A DNA stretch of 64,000 nucleotides from Actinomycetota bacterium (GTDB lineage Bacteria; Actinomycetota; Actinomycetes; S36-B12; GCA-2699445): the NCBI GenBank assembly GCA_029978705.1, contig JAPOIY010000010.1:13335-77334 (forward strand). The letters are read 5' to 3'. The position numbers were made by a program, and so were the translations under genes. Each line of letters starts with the position of its first letter. Positions within the stretch are counted from its first letter, which is position 1. This document shows, piece by piece, positions 55,898 through 64,000 of the stretch. Under the pieces are notes generated by a model that worked only from the letters and a program-made list of their open reading frames with translations, did no database searches and was not told where the DNA came from.

Positions 55898-55920
55898 GGA
55901 CTGCCTTTCCGGTGCGGCCG

Positions 55921-56739
55921 TCAGGCCTGGCCCACCTCGATCAGCGCGAAACCGGTCACGGTGGTCCCGGCGTCCGCCAGCGTCTGCGCGACGGTGCGCT
56001 TGTTCTCCTGCACCGACGGCTGGTCCAGCAGCACGGTGTCCTTGAAGAACCCGTTGACCCGCCCCTCGATGATCTTCGGCAGCGCCTGCTCGGGTTTGCC
56101 CTCCTCGCGGGCGGTGGCCTCGGCGATCCGCCGCTCGTTGGCGACGACGTCCTCGGGCACGTCGGTGCGCGACAGGAAGCGCGGCTTCATGGCCGCGATC
56201 TGCAACGCCACCGCACGCGCAGCGTCGCTGTCCCCCTCGTAACCGAGCAGGACGCCCACCGCCGGGGGCAGGTCCGCGGAGCGGCTGTGCAGGTACACCT
56301 CGACGGTGCCGTCGACGACGGCGAAGCGGCCCAGCTCGATCTTCTCGCCGATGATGGCGGACAGGTCGGCCACCGAGTCGGCAGCGGTCTTGCCGGAGGG
56401 CAGCTGCAGCGCGGCGAACTCCTCGTCCGTGGCCGGCCGGGCGGCGTCGGCAGCGGCCGCGAGGTCCCCCGCGAGAGCCACGAAGTCGGCGTTCTTGGCG
56501 ACGAAGTCGGTCTCGCAGCGCAGCTCCACCAGCGCGTTGCCGCTCTGCGCGACCAGGCCGTTGCTGGCGGTGCGCTCCGCGCCGCGCTTGGCGGCCTTGG
56601 CGGCGCCCGAGATCCGGAGGATCTCGACGGCCTTGTCGACGTTGCCGTCGGCCTCGGTGAGCGCCTTCTTGCACTCCATCATCCCGGCGCCGGTGAGCTC
56701 CCGGAGCTTCTTGACGTCGGCGGCAGTGATCGGTGCCAT
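55921..56739 (-). CDS. tsf: Elongation factor Ts
   Basis: ATG at 56739 (residue 54 of ORF 55921..56898): [39 protein letters not shown]... Confidence 0.96.
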   Translation of the reverse strand: MAPITAADVKKLRELTGAGMMECKKALTEADGNVDKAVEILRISGAAKAAKRGAERTASNGLVAQSGNALVELRCETDFVAKNADFVALAGDLAAAADAARPATDEEFAALQLPSGKTAADSVADLSAIIGEKIELGRFAVVDGTVEVYLHSRSADLPPAVGVLLGYEGDSDAARAVALQIAAMKPRFLSRTDVPEDVVANERRIAEATAREEGKPEQALPKIIEGRVNGFFKDTVLLDQPSVQENKRTVAQTLADAGTTVTGFALIEVGQA

Positions 56740-56755
56740 GGGATCTCCTTCTGCG

Positions 56756-57739
56756 TCAGGACTGGGGGGCTTCGGCGGCGGCGTCTTCAGCGGCAGCCTC
56801 TTCGGTGGCGGCGACGGCGACCTCGGCCGCACCGGCCTCGGTCTCGGCCGCCTGCTCGGCGGGCGTCTCCACCACGACATCGGCCACAACGTCGGCACCG
56901 GCAGGGGTCGCTGCGGCAGGCGCCTCGGCCGCGACCTCGGCGGCGGGGACCCCAGCGGCGCCCTCCTCGCCGGCGGGGGCGCTGGTCAGCATCTCGTTCT
57001 CCCACTCCGCGAGCGGCTCGGCGTCGCCGCCGCCTCCGCCGGCGCGCTCGGCACGGGCCCGCAGCCCATCGGCCACGGCGTCGGCGATGACCCGCGTCAG
57101 CAGCGACACCGAGCGGATGGCGTCGTCGTTGCCGGGGACCGGGTAGTCGACCTCGTCGGGGTCGCAGTTGGTGTCCAGGATGGCGATGACGGGGATCCCG
57201 AGCTTCCGGGCCTCCTTGACCGCGATGTGCTCCTTCTTGGTGTCGACCACCCAGACGGCACTGGGCACCTTCTCCATGGAGCGGATGCCACCCAGGGTGC
57301 GCTCCAGCTTGTCCTTCTCGCGGGACAGCGTGAGCAGTTCCTTCTTGGTCAGCGAGGACCCGGCGACGTCGGCGAAGTCCATCTCCTCGAGTTCCTTGAG
57401 CCGCTCCAGCCGCTGGTGGACGGTGCTGAAGTTCGTGAGCATGCCGCCGAGCCAGCGGTTGTTCACGTACGGCATGCCGACCCGCTTGGCCTGCTGTTCG
57501 ATGGCCTCCTGTGCCTGCTTCTTGGTGCCGACGAACAGGATGGTGCCGCCGTGGGCGACGGTCTGGCTCACGAACTCGTAGGCGCGGTCGATGTACGACA
57601 GCGAGCTGGCGAGGTCGATGATGTAGATGCCGTTGCGCTCCGTGAGGATGTAGCGCTTCATCTTGGGGTTCCAGCGGCGGGTCTGGTGCCCGAAGTGCAC
57701 GCCGGATTCGAGCAGTTGGCGCATGGTGACGACAGCCAC
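56756..57739 (-). CDS. rpsB: 30S ribosomal protein S2 with an Ala/Glu-rich C-terminal extension
   Basis: GTG at 57739 (residue 25 of ORF 56756..57811): [27 protein letters not shown]... About 90 aa of acidic Ala-rich tail follow the S2 core. Confidence 0.96.
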   Translation of the reverse strand: MAVVTMRQLLESGVHFGHQTRRWNPKMKRYILTERNGIYIIDLASSLSYIDRAYEFVSQTVAHGGTILFVGTKKQAQEAIEQQAKRVGMPYVNNRWLGGMLTNFSTVHQRLERLKELEEMDFADVAGSSLTKKELLTLSREKDKLERTLGGIRSMEKVPSAVWVVDTKKEHIAVKEARKLGIPVIAILDTNCDPDEVDYPVPGNDDAIRSVSLLTRVIADAVADGLRARAERAGGGGGDAEPLAEWENEMLTSAPAGEEGAAGVPAAEVAAEAPAAATPAGADVVADVVVETPAEQAAETEAGAAEVAVAATEEAAAEDAAAEAPQS

Positions 57740-57869
57740 GAGCGTTCCTTTCGGCGCCCGGAGGCGCGGTCGGTTGCTGCGCCGACCCGTGCGGGCCGGC
57801 GTCCCTGGCATCCCGCCGGCGGGTTCCCCGGAGGGACCGACCCCGCGCGGCGATCCGAGTCGGATCAGT

Positions 57870-57915
57870 GGGATACGCGAATTCCGGTCTGGGACCGGTC
57901 CGTCGAGTGTATCCC
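57870..57915 (-). terminator. Compound hairpin between the M23 peptidase stop and the rpsB promoter/leader region
   Basis: The outer stem pairs GGGATAC (57870-57876) with GTATCCC (57909-57915). The inner stem pairs CCGGTC (57884-57889) with GACCGG (57893-57898) across a 3-nt loop. It lies 18 nt downstream of the M23 stop and about 130 nt upstream of the rpsB start. Confidence 0.35.
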
Positions 57916-57932
57916 GACCCCCGCCCGGCGGG

Positions 57933-58394
57933 TCAATCCGGCAGCAGCACCACGCGCACGGCGCCGAGCAGGATCCGCGGGTCGACGTACCGCCCGTTCA
58001 CCCGGGCCCCCCAATGCAGGCAGTCGGCGGGGCAGTGCCCGCCGGGCCGCAGCACCCCCACGGGCTGCCCCGCAGCCACGGCGGTACCGGTCGCCGCCGT
58101 GGCCGCCACGGGCTGGTAGGTGGCCCGGATCACCCCGTGCGCCACGACGAGGGTCGGGGTGCCCCCGACGGGCCCGGCGAAGGTGACCACACCGGCGCGG
58201 GGCGCGAGGACGGCGGATCCTGCCGGTGCGGACAGGTCGAGGCCGCGGTGGCCGGGCAGCCAGTCCGGGTCGGGTGGGTCGAACTCGGCGATGACATGTC
58301 CGGGCACGGGCCACCACCCGGCACCACGGGCTGCGGCCCCGGTGCCGCCGAGCAGAAGGAGCGCCACCGCGGCGCCGACAGTCAACACACGCAT
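57933..58394 (-). CDS. M23/LytM-family metallopeptidase (small, secreted)
   Basis: 153 aa. Signal peptide [22 protein letters not shown], then [22 protein letters not shown] ... [15 protein letters not shown] (M23 HxxxD ... HxH-like motifs). Confidence 0.8.
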   Translation of the reverse strand: MRVLTVGAAVALLLLGGTGAAARGAGWWPVPGHVIAEFDPPDPDWLPGHRGLDLSAPAGSAVLAPRAGVVTFAGPVGGTPTLVVAHGVIRATYQPVAATAATGTAVAAGQPVGVLRPGGHCPADCLHWGARVNGRYVDPRILLGAVRVVLLPD

Positions 58395-58407
58395 ACCGTC
58401 ACCCTGG

Positions 58408-58447
58408 CCCCGGCGGGGAAAGGACCGGGACTCGACTCCCGCCGGGG
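58408..58447 (-). terminator. 10-bp GC hairpin between the whiG stop and the M23 peptidase start
   Basis: CCCCGGCGGG (58408-58417) pairs with CCCGCCGGGG (58438-58447): a perfect 10-bp stem with a 20-nt loop. It lies 33 nt after the whiG stop and 14 nt before the M23 ATG. No U-tract. Confidence 0.4.
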
Positions 58448-58479
58448 GACGGGGACCGCGGAGATCCCCTGTGGATGGC

Positions 58480-59337
58480 TCAGGCGTCGGCAGCGGCCAA
58501 CTGCGCCCGCAACTGCATCACGGCCTTGGTGTGCAACTGGCAGGCGCGGGACTCGGTGACACCGAGGACCTGACCGATCTCCCGCAAGGTCATGCCCTCG
58601 TAGTAGTACAACGAGATGACGATCTTCTCGCGCTCCGCCAGTCCGGAGACCGCACCGGCCAGGATCTCTTTGGTCTCCTCGGCCTCGAACATCGACACCG
58701 GGTCGTCCGCGCGGTCGTCGGCGATGGTGTCGCCGAGACTCACGCGGTCGGACTTGTCACCGCCGATGGACAGGAGCTCATCCAACGCCGCGACGTGCAC
58801 GTACGACACCTGACGGAAGATCTGCCGCAATTGCTTGACCGTGATGCCGAGCTCGTCGGCCACTTCGTCGTCGGTGGGGTTGCGACCCAGGTCGAGTTGC
58901 AGTTTCTGGTAGGCGCGCTCGACGTCCCGCGCCTTCTGCCGCACCGACCGGGGAACCCAGTCGTAGCTGCGCAGCTCGTCGATGATGGCGCCCCGGATCC
59001 GCGACACGGCATAGGTCTCGAACTTCACCGCGCGGTCCGGCTGGTACTTCTCGATGGCGTCGATCAGGCCGAACATGCCATTGCTGACGAGGTCGGCCGG
59101 ATCGACGCTGGCCGGCAGACCCACGCCCACCCGGCCCGCGACGTACTTGACCAAGGGGGCGTAGTGCAGGATCAGGCGTTCCCGCGACCCCCGGTCGCCG
59201 GTCTCCTTGTACGACAGCCACAGGTTCTGCAACTGCTGTTCGATGACGCTCGCGTCGGCGGGATCCAGGAGGTCCACGTCCGGCTCACCGTCAGCCGGTT
59301 GCGTGACCTCGTCACGCCCGGGGGTGTGCCTGCTCAT
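58480..59337 (-). CDS. whiG: FliA/WhiG-family (sigma-28 type) RNA polymerase sigma factor
   Basis: 285 aa. It is strongly similar, from memory, to Streptomyces WhiG: LILHYAPLVKYVAGRVGVGLP..., GLIDAIEKY...KFETYAVSRIRGAIIDELR..DWVPRSVRQKAR, and region 4 LYYYEGMTLREIGQVLGVTESRACQLHTKAV. The ATG has a GAGGA Shine-Dalgarno sequence and lies 26 nt inside the xerC 3' end. Confidence 0.9.
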   Translation of the reverse strand: MSRHTPGRDEVTQPADGEPDVDLLDPADASVIEQQLQNLWLSYKETGDRGSRERLILHYAPLVKYVAGRVGVGLPASVDPADLVSNGMFGLIDAIEKYQPDRAVKFETYAVSRIRGAIIDELRSYDWVPRSVRQKARDVERAYQKLQLDLGRNPTDDEVADELGITVKQLRQIFRQVSYVHVAALDELLSIGGDKSDRVSLGDTIADDRADDPVSMFEAEETKEILAGAVSGLAEREKIVISLYYYEGMTLREIGQVLGVTESRACQLHTKAVMQLRAQLAAADA

Positions 59338-60208
59338 ACGTGGTCCTCAACCGCTCAACGGAGACATGGGTGTAGATCTGCGTCGTTGCGAGCGTAGCGT
59401 GCCCCAGGAGTTCCTGTACCGATCGTAGATCGGCTCCCCCTTCGAGCAGATGGGTGGCGGCGGAGTGCCGCAAGGCGTGCGGCGCCACGTCCGGGACGCC
59501 GGGCACGACGGCCAGCAGGCGGTGCAACCGCCCCCGCACCCGCCGGGGGTCGACCCGGCCGCCCCGGGGCCCGAGGAACAGGGCGGCACCGGACCGGGAT
59601 CCGACCCACTGCGGCCGCCCGTCGTCAGTCCAGCGCTGCAGAGCCCGGTCGGCCGCCGGTCCGTAGGGGACGGTGCGCTGCTTGTCGCCCTTGCCGATCA
59701 CCCGCAGGGTGCGCCGGGTGGGCGACACGTCGGCCAGGTCGAGACCGCACAGTTCGGACACGCGGATCCCGGAGGCGTAGAGCAGCTCGAACATGGCCCG
59801 GTCGGCGAGCCCGGCCACCGGGTCGTCGTCGGCGCGCGCCGCCGCCGTCAGCAACTCCCCCGCCTGGTCCGCGGTGAGCACCGTCGGCAGGGTGCGGGGC
59901 CCGCGGGGTGACTGCAGCCGCAGCCCCGGGTCCGCCGACAGGTACCCGTGCTCGTGGGCCCACGCCGTGAAGGTCCGCACCGACGACACCTGACGCTGGA
60001 CGCTGGCTGGAGCCGCCCCCGCGGCAGTGCGCGCCGCCAGCCACGCCCGCAGCGTGCGCAGGTCGAGCTGCGCCAGCGGCGCGCGGCGCTGGGCCAGGAA
60101 GTCGAGCAGGGAGCGGACGTCGCCGTCGTAGGCCCGGCAGGTCGCCGGCCGCAGCCCACGCTGCAGCCGCAGATGGCGGGAGAACTCCGCGGCGACCGAG
60201 TCCGTCAC
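59312..60208 (-). CDS. xerC: Tyrosine recombinase XerC (chromosome dimer resolution)
   Basis: GTG at 60208 overlaps the dprA stop as GTGA. This is the last 298 aa of ORF 59312..61069. C-terminal catalytic region ...HALRHSAATHLLEGGADLRSVQELLGHATLATTQIYTHV (RHRY-type). Confidence 0.9.
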   Translation of the reverse strand: MTDSVAAEFSRHLRLQRGLRPATCRAYDGDVRSLLDFLAQRRAPLAQLDLRTLRAWLAARTAAGAAPASVQRQVSSVRTFTAWAHEHGYLSADPGLRLQSPRGPRTLPTVLTADQAGELLTAAARADDDPVAGLADRAMFELLYASGIRVSELCGLDLADVSPTRRTLRVIGKGDKQRTVPYGPAADRALQRWTDDGRPQWVGSRSGAALFLGPRGGRVDPRRVRGRLHRLLAVVPGVPDVAPHALRHSAATHLLEGGADLRSVQELLGHATLATTQIYTHVSVERLRTTYEQAHPRA

Positions 60209-60900
60209 CCCCCCATGGTGCCCGGCGAGGGCCGTCCCTGTCCGGTGACTGCCGAGATCCTCGCGAGCACCTCGTCGGGGTCCTGGACCAGGGTGGCGCC
60301 GCCGTCGCGGATGAGGCGGTGACACCCGCGGGAGGTCGCCGAGTGCACGGGGCCGGGCACCGCCAGCACCTCGCGGCCCAGCGCCGCCGCCCAGTCGGCG
60401 GTGTTCAGCGCGCCGCTGCGGGGGGCGGCCTCGACGATGAGTGTGGCCCGGGTCAGGGCGGCGATCAGACGGTTGCGTTCCAGGAAGGAGTACCGCCGGG
60501 CGGCGACCCCCGGGGCGTGTTCGGACACGACGAGCCCCTGATCCCCGATCTGGCGCAGCAACCGGGCGTGTGCGGCGGGTACGGCGACATCGACGCCACC
60601 TGCCATCACGGCCACCGTCGCTCCACCCGCGGTGAGGGCTCCCCGGTGGGCGGCGGCGTCGATGCCGAACGCAGCCCCCGACACCACCGTCCAGCCGGCC
60701 GCTGCGAGGTCCGCCGCCCACCGGTCGGCGACACCCAGGCCGTAGGCACTGGCGTTGCGGGACCCGACGATCGCGATCGAACGCAGGGCCAGCAGCCGCA
60801 GGTCCCCGTCGCCGCCCACCCACAGCCGGGCGGGGGCGTGGTCCTCGAGGTCCGCGAGCTGGCTGGGCCATCCCGCGTCCCCGGCGCGCAGCACCATCAT
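60205..60900 (-). CDS. dprA: DNA-processing protein DprA (Rossmann-fold core only; short form)
   Basis: 231 aa. ...WPSQLADLEDHAPARLWVGG...IAIVGSRNASAYG...VVSGAAFGIDAAAHRGAL...FLERNRLIAAL... A stop codon immediately upstream in this frame means no longer N-terminus is possible. Confidence 0.85.
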   Translation of the reverse strand: MMVLRAGDAGWPSQLADLEDHAPARLWVGGDGDLRLLALRSIAIVGSRNASAYGLGVADRWAADLAAAGWTVVSGAAFGIDAAAHRGALTAGGATVAVMAGGVDVAVPAAHARLLRQIGDQGLVVSEHAPGVAARRYSFLERNRLIAALTRATLIVEAAPRSGALNTADWAAALGREVLAVPGPVHSATSRGCHRLIRDGGATLVQDPDEVLARISAVTGQGRPSPGTMGG

Positions 60901-62414
60901 GGGGACTGCCCGGGGGCGCGCAGCGCGATGGCGCGCTGGACCTCATCGGTACCGGGCCGGTCGACACCGGCGAGGTCGGCCACCGTCCAGGCGACCCGCA
61001 GTACCCGGTCGGTGCCGCGCCGGCTCCACCTCGCCTCTCCGCTGACCCGTTCCAGCAGAGCCACGCCATCCGCGGTCGGCGCCAGAGCGCCCCGCAGTAC
61101 CTGGGGTGGGATGCGGGCGTTGAGCCTCCCCCCCGTCACCTCGTGCCGGGAGGCGCTGCGTTCCCGGGCCCGCCGCACCCGCTCGCGTACGGTCCTCGTG
61201 GGGTCGGCCGGCCGGGCACCTCGCGGCGGGTGCAGACCGATCCGCAGGTCGATGCGATCGAGCAGGGGCCGGGACAGCCGGGCGCGGTACCGGCGGATCT
61301 CGACCGACGTGCATTGGCAGTGCGCGGTGTCGCCGCAGGGGCATGGGTTGCCGGCCAGGACGAGCTGGAACCGGGCGGGTAGACGTTCCGACACGGCGGC
61401 TCGGGCGATGCTGATCGTGCCGTCCTCCAGCGGCTGGCGCAGGCACTCCAGCGTCATGCGCGAGAACTCGGGGGCCTCGTCGAGGAACAGGACCCCGTGA
61501 TGGGCGAGGCTGACCTGGCCGGGACGGCTGTACGCCCCGACGGCCCCGCCGACCATCGCCACGTGGCTGGCCGTGTGGTGAGGGGCGCAGAACGGCGGCA
61601 CCCGACTGACGCCGCCAGCACCGTCGGAGGCGTCGCGAATCGCGGCGACCTCCAGCACCTGATCGTCGGTCAGCGGCGGCAGCAGCCCGGGAAGGCGTTG
61701 CGCGAGCATCGTCTTGCCGGAGCCCGGTGACCCGCTCAGGAGCAGGTGGTGGCCTCCTGCGGCGGCGACCTCCAGCGCCCAGCAGGCGAACGGTTGGCCC
61801 TGGACGTCGGACAGTTCGCCGAACTCCCCGTCCGGGATGGGATCCGGGACGGGCGGCGGTGCCGGTTCCGGGACCGCTCCGCGCACGACCTGTACCGCCT
61901 CCCGCAGAGACGCGACCGGCACCACCCGGATGCCGGGGACCCGCGCGATCTGCTCCGCGGTGCGCGGTGCGGCGAAGATCCGGGTGGCGTGCCCGGCGCG
62001 GGCCACCCCCAGAGCGGTCGCCACCGCGCCCGGCACGTCGCGGACCGAACCGTCCAGCCCCAGTTCGCCCAGGAAGACGGCCCGGTCGATGTGCCGGTCG
62101 GTCACGTCGCCCACCCGCGCCAGCACCCCCATGGCCACCGCGAAATCCAGTCCGGAGCCCCGTTTGTGCTCGAACGCGGGCGACAGGCCGACCGTGATGC
62201 GCCCGGTGGGCCACGCGAAGCCGCTGGTCACCACGGCGGCCCGCACCCGGTCGCGGGACTCGTTGATCGAGGTGTCCGGAAGCCCGACGATCGTCATTCC
62301 CGGCAGCCCGTTGGACAGGTGCACCTGCACCTGCACGACCTGGCCGGACAGGCCCACGCACACGGCCCCGTAGGCTTCCGCAACAGTGCTTAGGGGAAGT
62401 TCAGCGGCGGTCAT
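60897..62414 (-). CDS. comM: YifB/ComM-family Mg-chelatase-like AAA+ ATPase
   Basis: ATG at 62414 overlaps the yraN stop as ATGA. The protein is 505 aa with an N-terminal Lon-protease-like domain (…GLPGMTIVGLPDTSINESRDRV…), Walker A LSGSPGSGKTML, and GVLFLDEAPEF. Confidence 0.9.
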   Translation of the reverse strand: MTAAELPLSTVAEAYGAVCVGLSGQVVQVQVHLSNGLPGMTIVGLPDTSINESRDRVRAAVVTSGFAWPTGRITVGLSPAFEHKRGSGLDFAVAMGVLARVGDVTDRHIDRAVFLGELGLDGSVRDVPGAVATALGVARAGHATRIFAAPRTAEQIARVPGIRVVPVASLREAVQVVRGAVPEPAPPPVPDPIPDGEFGELSDVQGQPFACWALEVAAAGGHHLLLSGSPGSGKTMLAQRLPGLLPPLTDDQVLEVAAIRDASDGAGGVSRVPPFCAPHHTASHVAMVGGAVGAYSRPGQVSLAHHGVLFLDEAPEFSRMTLECLRQPLEDGTISIARAAVSERLPARFQLVLAGNPCPCGDTAHCQCTSVEIRRYRARLSRPLLDRIDLRIGLHPPRGARPADPTRTVRERVRRARERSASRHEVTGGRLNARIPPQVLRGALAPTADGVALLERVSGEARWSRRGTDRVLRVAWTVADLAGVDRPGTDEVQRAIALRAPGQSP

Positions 62415-62770
62415 TCGACGCCGCGCACGTGCGTGATGGTGGGACGCCCCCGCTCGTCGATCTGCACGCCGATGACGTCGATGCGCAGGGCCGTGGGGCG
62501 CGCGCCCCGGTGCTGCACCCACAGCCACGCCAGCTGGCGCAGCCGCCGGACCTTGCGCGGCGTGACCGACTCCACGCCCGTGCCCGCGCGGGCTCCGTGC
62601 CGGGTGCGCACCTCGCAGATGACGACGGTGGCCCCGTCCAGGCCCACGATGTCGATCTCCCCGGTGCGGCAGCGCCAGTTGCGGTCGAGAATGAGCCAGC
62701 CGGCGCGGCGCAGGTGTGCCGTGGCCAGGTTCTCCCCGAGCTGGCCCACCCGTTGTCGAGATGTCGTCAT
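62411..62770 (-). CDS. yraN: YraN/UPF0102 family endonuclease-like protein
   Basis: 119 aa: LGENLATAHLRRAGWLILDRNWRCRTGEIDIV...VVICEVRTR... (PD-(D/E)xK-like). Confidence 0.85.
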   Translation of the reverse strand: MTTSRQRVGQLGENLATAHLRRAGWLILDRNWRCRTGEIDIVGLDGATVVICEVRTRHGARAGTGVESVTPRKVRRLRQLAWLWVQHRGARPTALRIDVIGVQIDERGRPTITHVRGVE

Positions 62771-62815
62771 GCCGCCACCCTGCGGCGGCTCGACGGCGAG
62801 GTCGCCGCGGCCGGG

Positions 62816-63514
62816 TCAGCTGGGGACGACGCGCCGCGGGTCCCGGCTGTGGGGGGTGAGATCGAGGGTGGCGGCCAGGTTCCACGTGCGGCGGTGCTGG
62901 TCGCACAGCCCATGGCGCCGGATCGCCGCGGAATGATCCGCGGTGGTGTACCCCTTGTTCTCGCGCCAGCCGTACCGGTCGTCGCGGCCCGCCAACCGGC
63001 TCATCTCCCGGTCCCGCAGGACCTTGGCCAGCACGCTGGCGGCCGCCACGGAGGAACACACGTTGTCCGCCTTGATCCGCCGGCGCACCCGGGGCACCGC
63101 GGTCGGCGGCCACGGCGGATCGTCGAACAGTGCCTGAGCCGGGTCCGACAGCCAGTCGTGGGAACCGTCGAGGATGACGTGGTCCACGGGCCCCACCTGG
63201 ACGAGGGCGCGTAACGCGGCCAGCCGCAGGGCCGCCGTCAGACCCCACCGGTCGATCTCAGCGGGGGTGCTGGAGGCCACCGCGCGGGCGACCCCCCACC
63301 GCTGCAACCGGGGGAACAGCACCTCACGCTGCGCGGGCGACAACAGTTTGGAGTCCCGCAAGCCGGGGGGAGCGCTGCGCGTGGTGAGGTCGACGACGAC
63401 GACGCCCACGGTCACGGGACCGGCGACCGCGCCACGGCCCACCTCGTCGATCCCCGCGACAGTGACTGAGCCCGCACGCAGCATCTCGCGTTCGAGGCGC
63501 AGACTGGGAGGCAC
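62816..63514 (-). CDS. rnhB: Ribonuclease HII
   Basis: 232 aa. N-terminal active site VAGIDEVGRGAVAGPV, then ...DSKLLS..., ...SVAAASVLAKV.... Confidence 0.93.
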   Translation of the reverse strand: MPPSLRLEREMLRAGSVTVAGIDEVGRGAVAGPVTVGVVVVDLTTRSAPPGLRDSKLLSPAQREVLFPRLQRWGVARAVASSTPAEIDRWGLTAALRLAALRALVQVGPVDHVILDGSHDWLSDPAQALFDDPPWPPTAVPRVRRRIKADNVCSSVAAASVLAKVLRDREMSRLAGRDDRYGWRENKGYTTADHSAAIRRHGLCDQHRRTWNLAATLDLTPHSRDPRRVVPS

Positions 63515-63549
63515 CCGCCCAGGCTAAGCCCGGAGTCGGCGAACCTTCG

Positions 63550-64000
63550 CTATCCCGTGGGGGGATCCTCCTGGTTGAGCTGCTCGGCCCATGCGGGAAC
63601 CGACAGCACCTGCCACTGGGAGCGCGGCCAGATCACCGCGACCGCACGGCCCAGGGCCCGGTCCACGGGCACGAACCCCCCGCCGGGATCCCCCATGTGG
63701 GAACGGGAGTCCGCCGACGCCGCGCGGTGGTCGCCCATCACCCAGAGTTTGCCCGGCGGCACCTCCACCGTGAAGTGGGTGTCGCTGGGTTCATTGCCGG
63801 GGTACAGGTACGGCTCGTCGATCGCGGTCCCGTTGACGGTGAGCCGGCCACGCCGGTCGCAGCAGGACACCGTGTCGCCACCGACGCCGATGACCCGTTT
63901 CACGAACACCGTGTCCGGGGGCGGCACGATGCCCACCGTGCGTCCCAGTTCGGTGAACAGGGAGGCGATCGGACCCTCCGAGGGAGGCGCCTGCGAGGCG
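63550..64000 (-). CDS. lepB: Signal peptidase I, C-terminal ~150 aa; the 5' end lies beyond the right edge
   Basis: ORF 63550..63936 stays open in the same frame to the window end; my own translation upstream is ASQAPPSEGPIASLFTELGRT-. Motifs are FVKRVIGVGGDTV and LWVMGDHRAASADSR (S26 boxes D/E). Confidence 0.85.
   Translation of the reverse strand, partial: ASQAPPSEGPIASLFTELGRTVGIVPPPDTVFVKRVIGVGGDTVSCCDRRGRLTVNGTAIDEPYLYPGNEPSDTHFTVEVPPGKLWVMGDHRAASADSRSHMGDPGGGFVPVDRALGRAVAVIWPRSQWQVLSVPAWAEQLNQEDPPTG

Noticed and set aside
56756-57030. Acidic Ala/Glu-rich C-terminal extension of S2 considered as a separate fused domain or mis-assembled region.
   Set aside because: It is in frame with rpsB with no internal start or stop signals. 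Long low-complexity tails on S2 are common in high-GC actinobacteria.
58395-58479. Cell-wall hydrolase (M23) leader as a candidate cyclic-di-AMP (ydaO-type) or other riboswitch.
   Set aside because: The gap is only 85 nt and mostly taken up by one simple 10-bp hairpin, too short for the known ydaO architecture. It is more simply the whiG terminator.
59312-60208. Tyrosine recombinase as a marker of an integrated mobile element or integron.
   Set aside because: The sequence and its context (dprA-comM-yraN upstream, rpsB region downstream) are those of chromosomal XerC. There is no flanking tRNA, direct repeats, att-like sites, phage genes or compositional island. I also saw no AT-rich dif-like 28-mer in the window.

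Overview
This is a 64-kb, roughly 70% GC, almost fully coding chromosomal segment of an actinobacterium (Actinomycetota); I cannot fix the exact taxon from the sequence alone. I can support 62 protein-coding genes, two of them cut by the window edges. By eye I see no rRNA, tRNA, CRISPR array, IS element or prophage. About 50 genes lie on the minus strand and form the conserved actinobacterial housekeeping backbone: treS / alkB-recX-recA-DUF3046 / PAC2-clgR / cinA-pgsA-rimO-ftsK / rnj-dapA-thyX / dapB-pepR-pnp-rpsO / ribF / truB-rbfA-infB-ylxR-nusA-rimP / proS / ispG / rip1-dxr-rlmN-cdsA-frr-pyrH-tsf-rpsB / whiG-xerC-dprA-comM-yraN / rnhB / lepB. This is the same order I recall for the M. tuberculosis recA-to-lepB region (from memory, not searched). 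Every plus-strand gene is accessory: an APH-like kinase, lhr, a split ligD (ligase plus polymerase), tetR-glpD, a TMEM175-type channel, a KcsA-like channel with a broken selectivity filter, and a Tat-lipoprotein/DUF4439 ferritin-like pair. Packing is extreme, with about 25 same-strand start/stop overlaps (mostly ATGA/GTGA) and several convergent gene pairs with 0-6 nt or negative spacing. Many long ORFs in the supplied track are GC-rich antisense or upstream-extension artefacts, so I re-derived internal starts by frame arithmetic. I did not find a convincing self-contained novel system such as a defence island, biosynthetic cluster or mobile element. The leads most worth a second look are: (1) a DNA-damage neighbourhood where recA carries both a LexA box and a RecA-NDp-type promoter, with the same TGTCGG-N10-TANNNT geometry upstream of a clgR-PAC2 bicistron; (2) an NHEJ module (ku divergent from a Lig-then-Pol split LigD with no PE domain) wedged directly upstream of ftsK; (3) a conserved-unknown Tat-lipoprotein plus signal-less DUF4439 partner between rimP and proS; (4) a KcsA-like channel whose TVGYG filter is replaced by RVG-DW; (5) an AGPS-like flavoenzyme/TetR/GlpD triad with a clear operator and a probably leaderless tetR. 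All family assignments come from motif recognition by eye and need an HMM or BLAST check.
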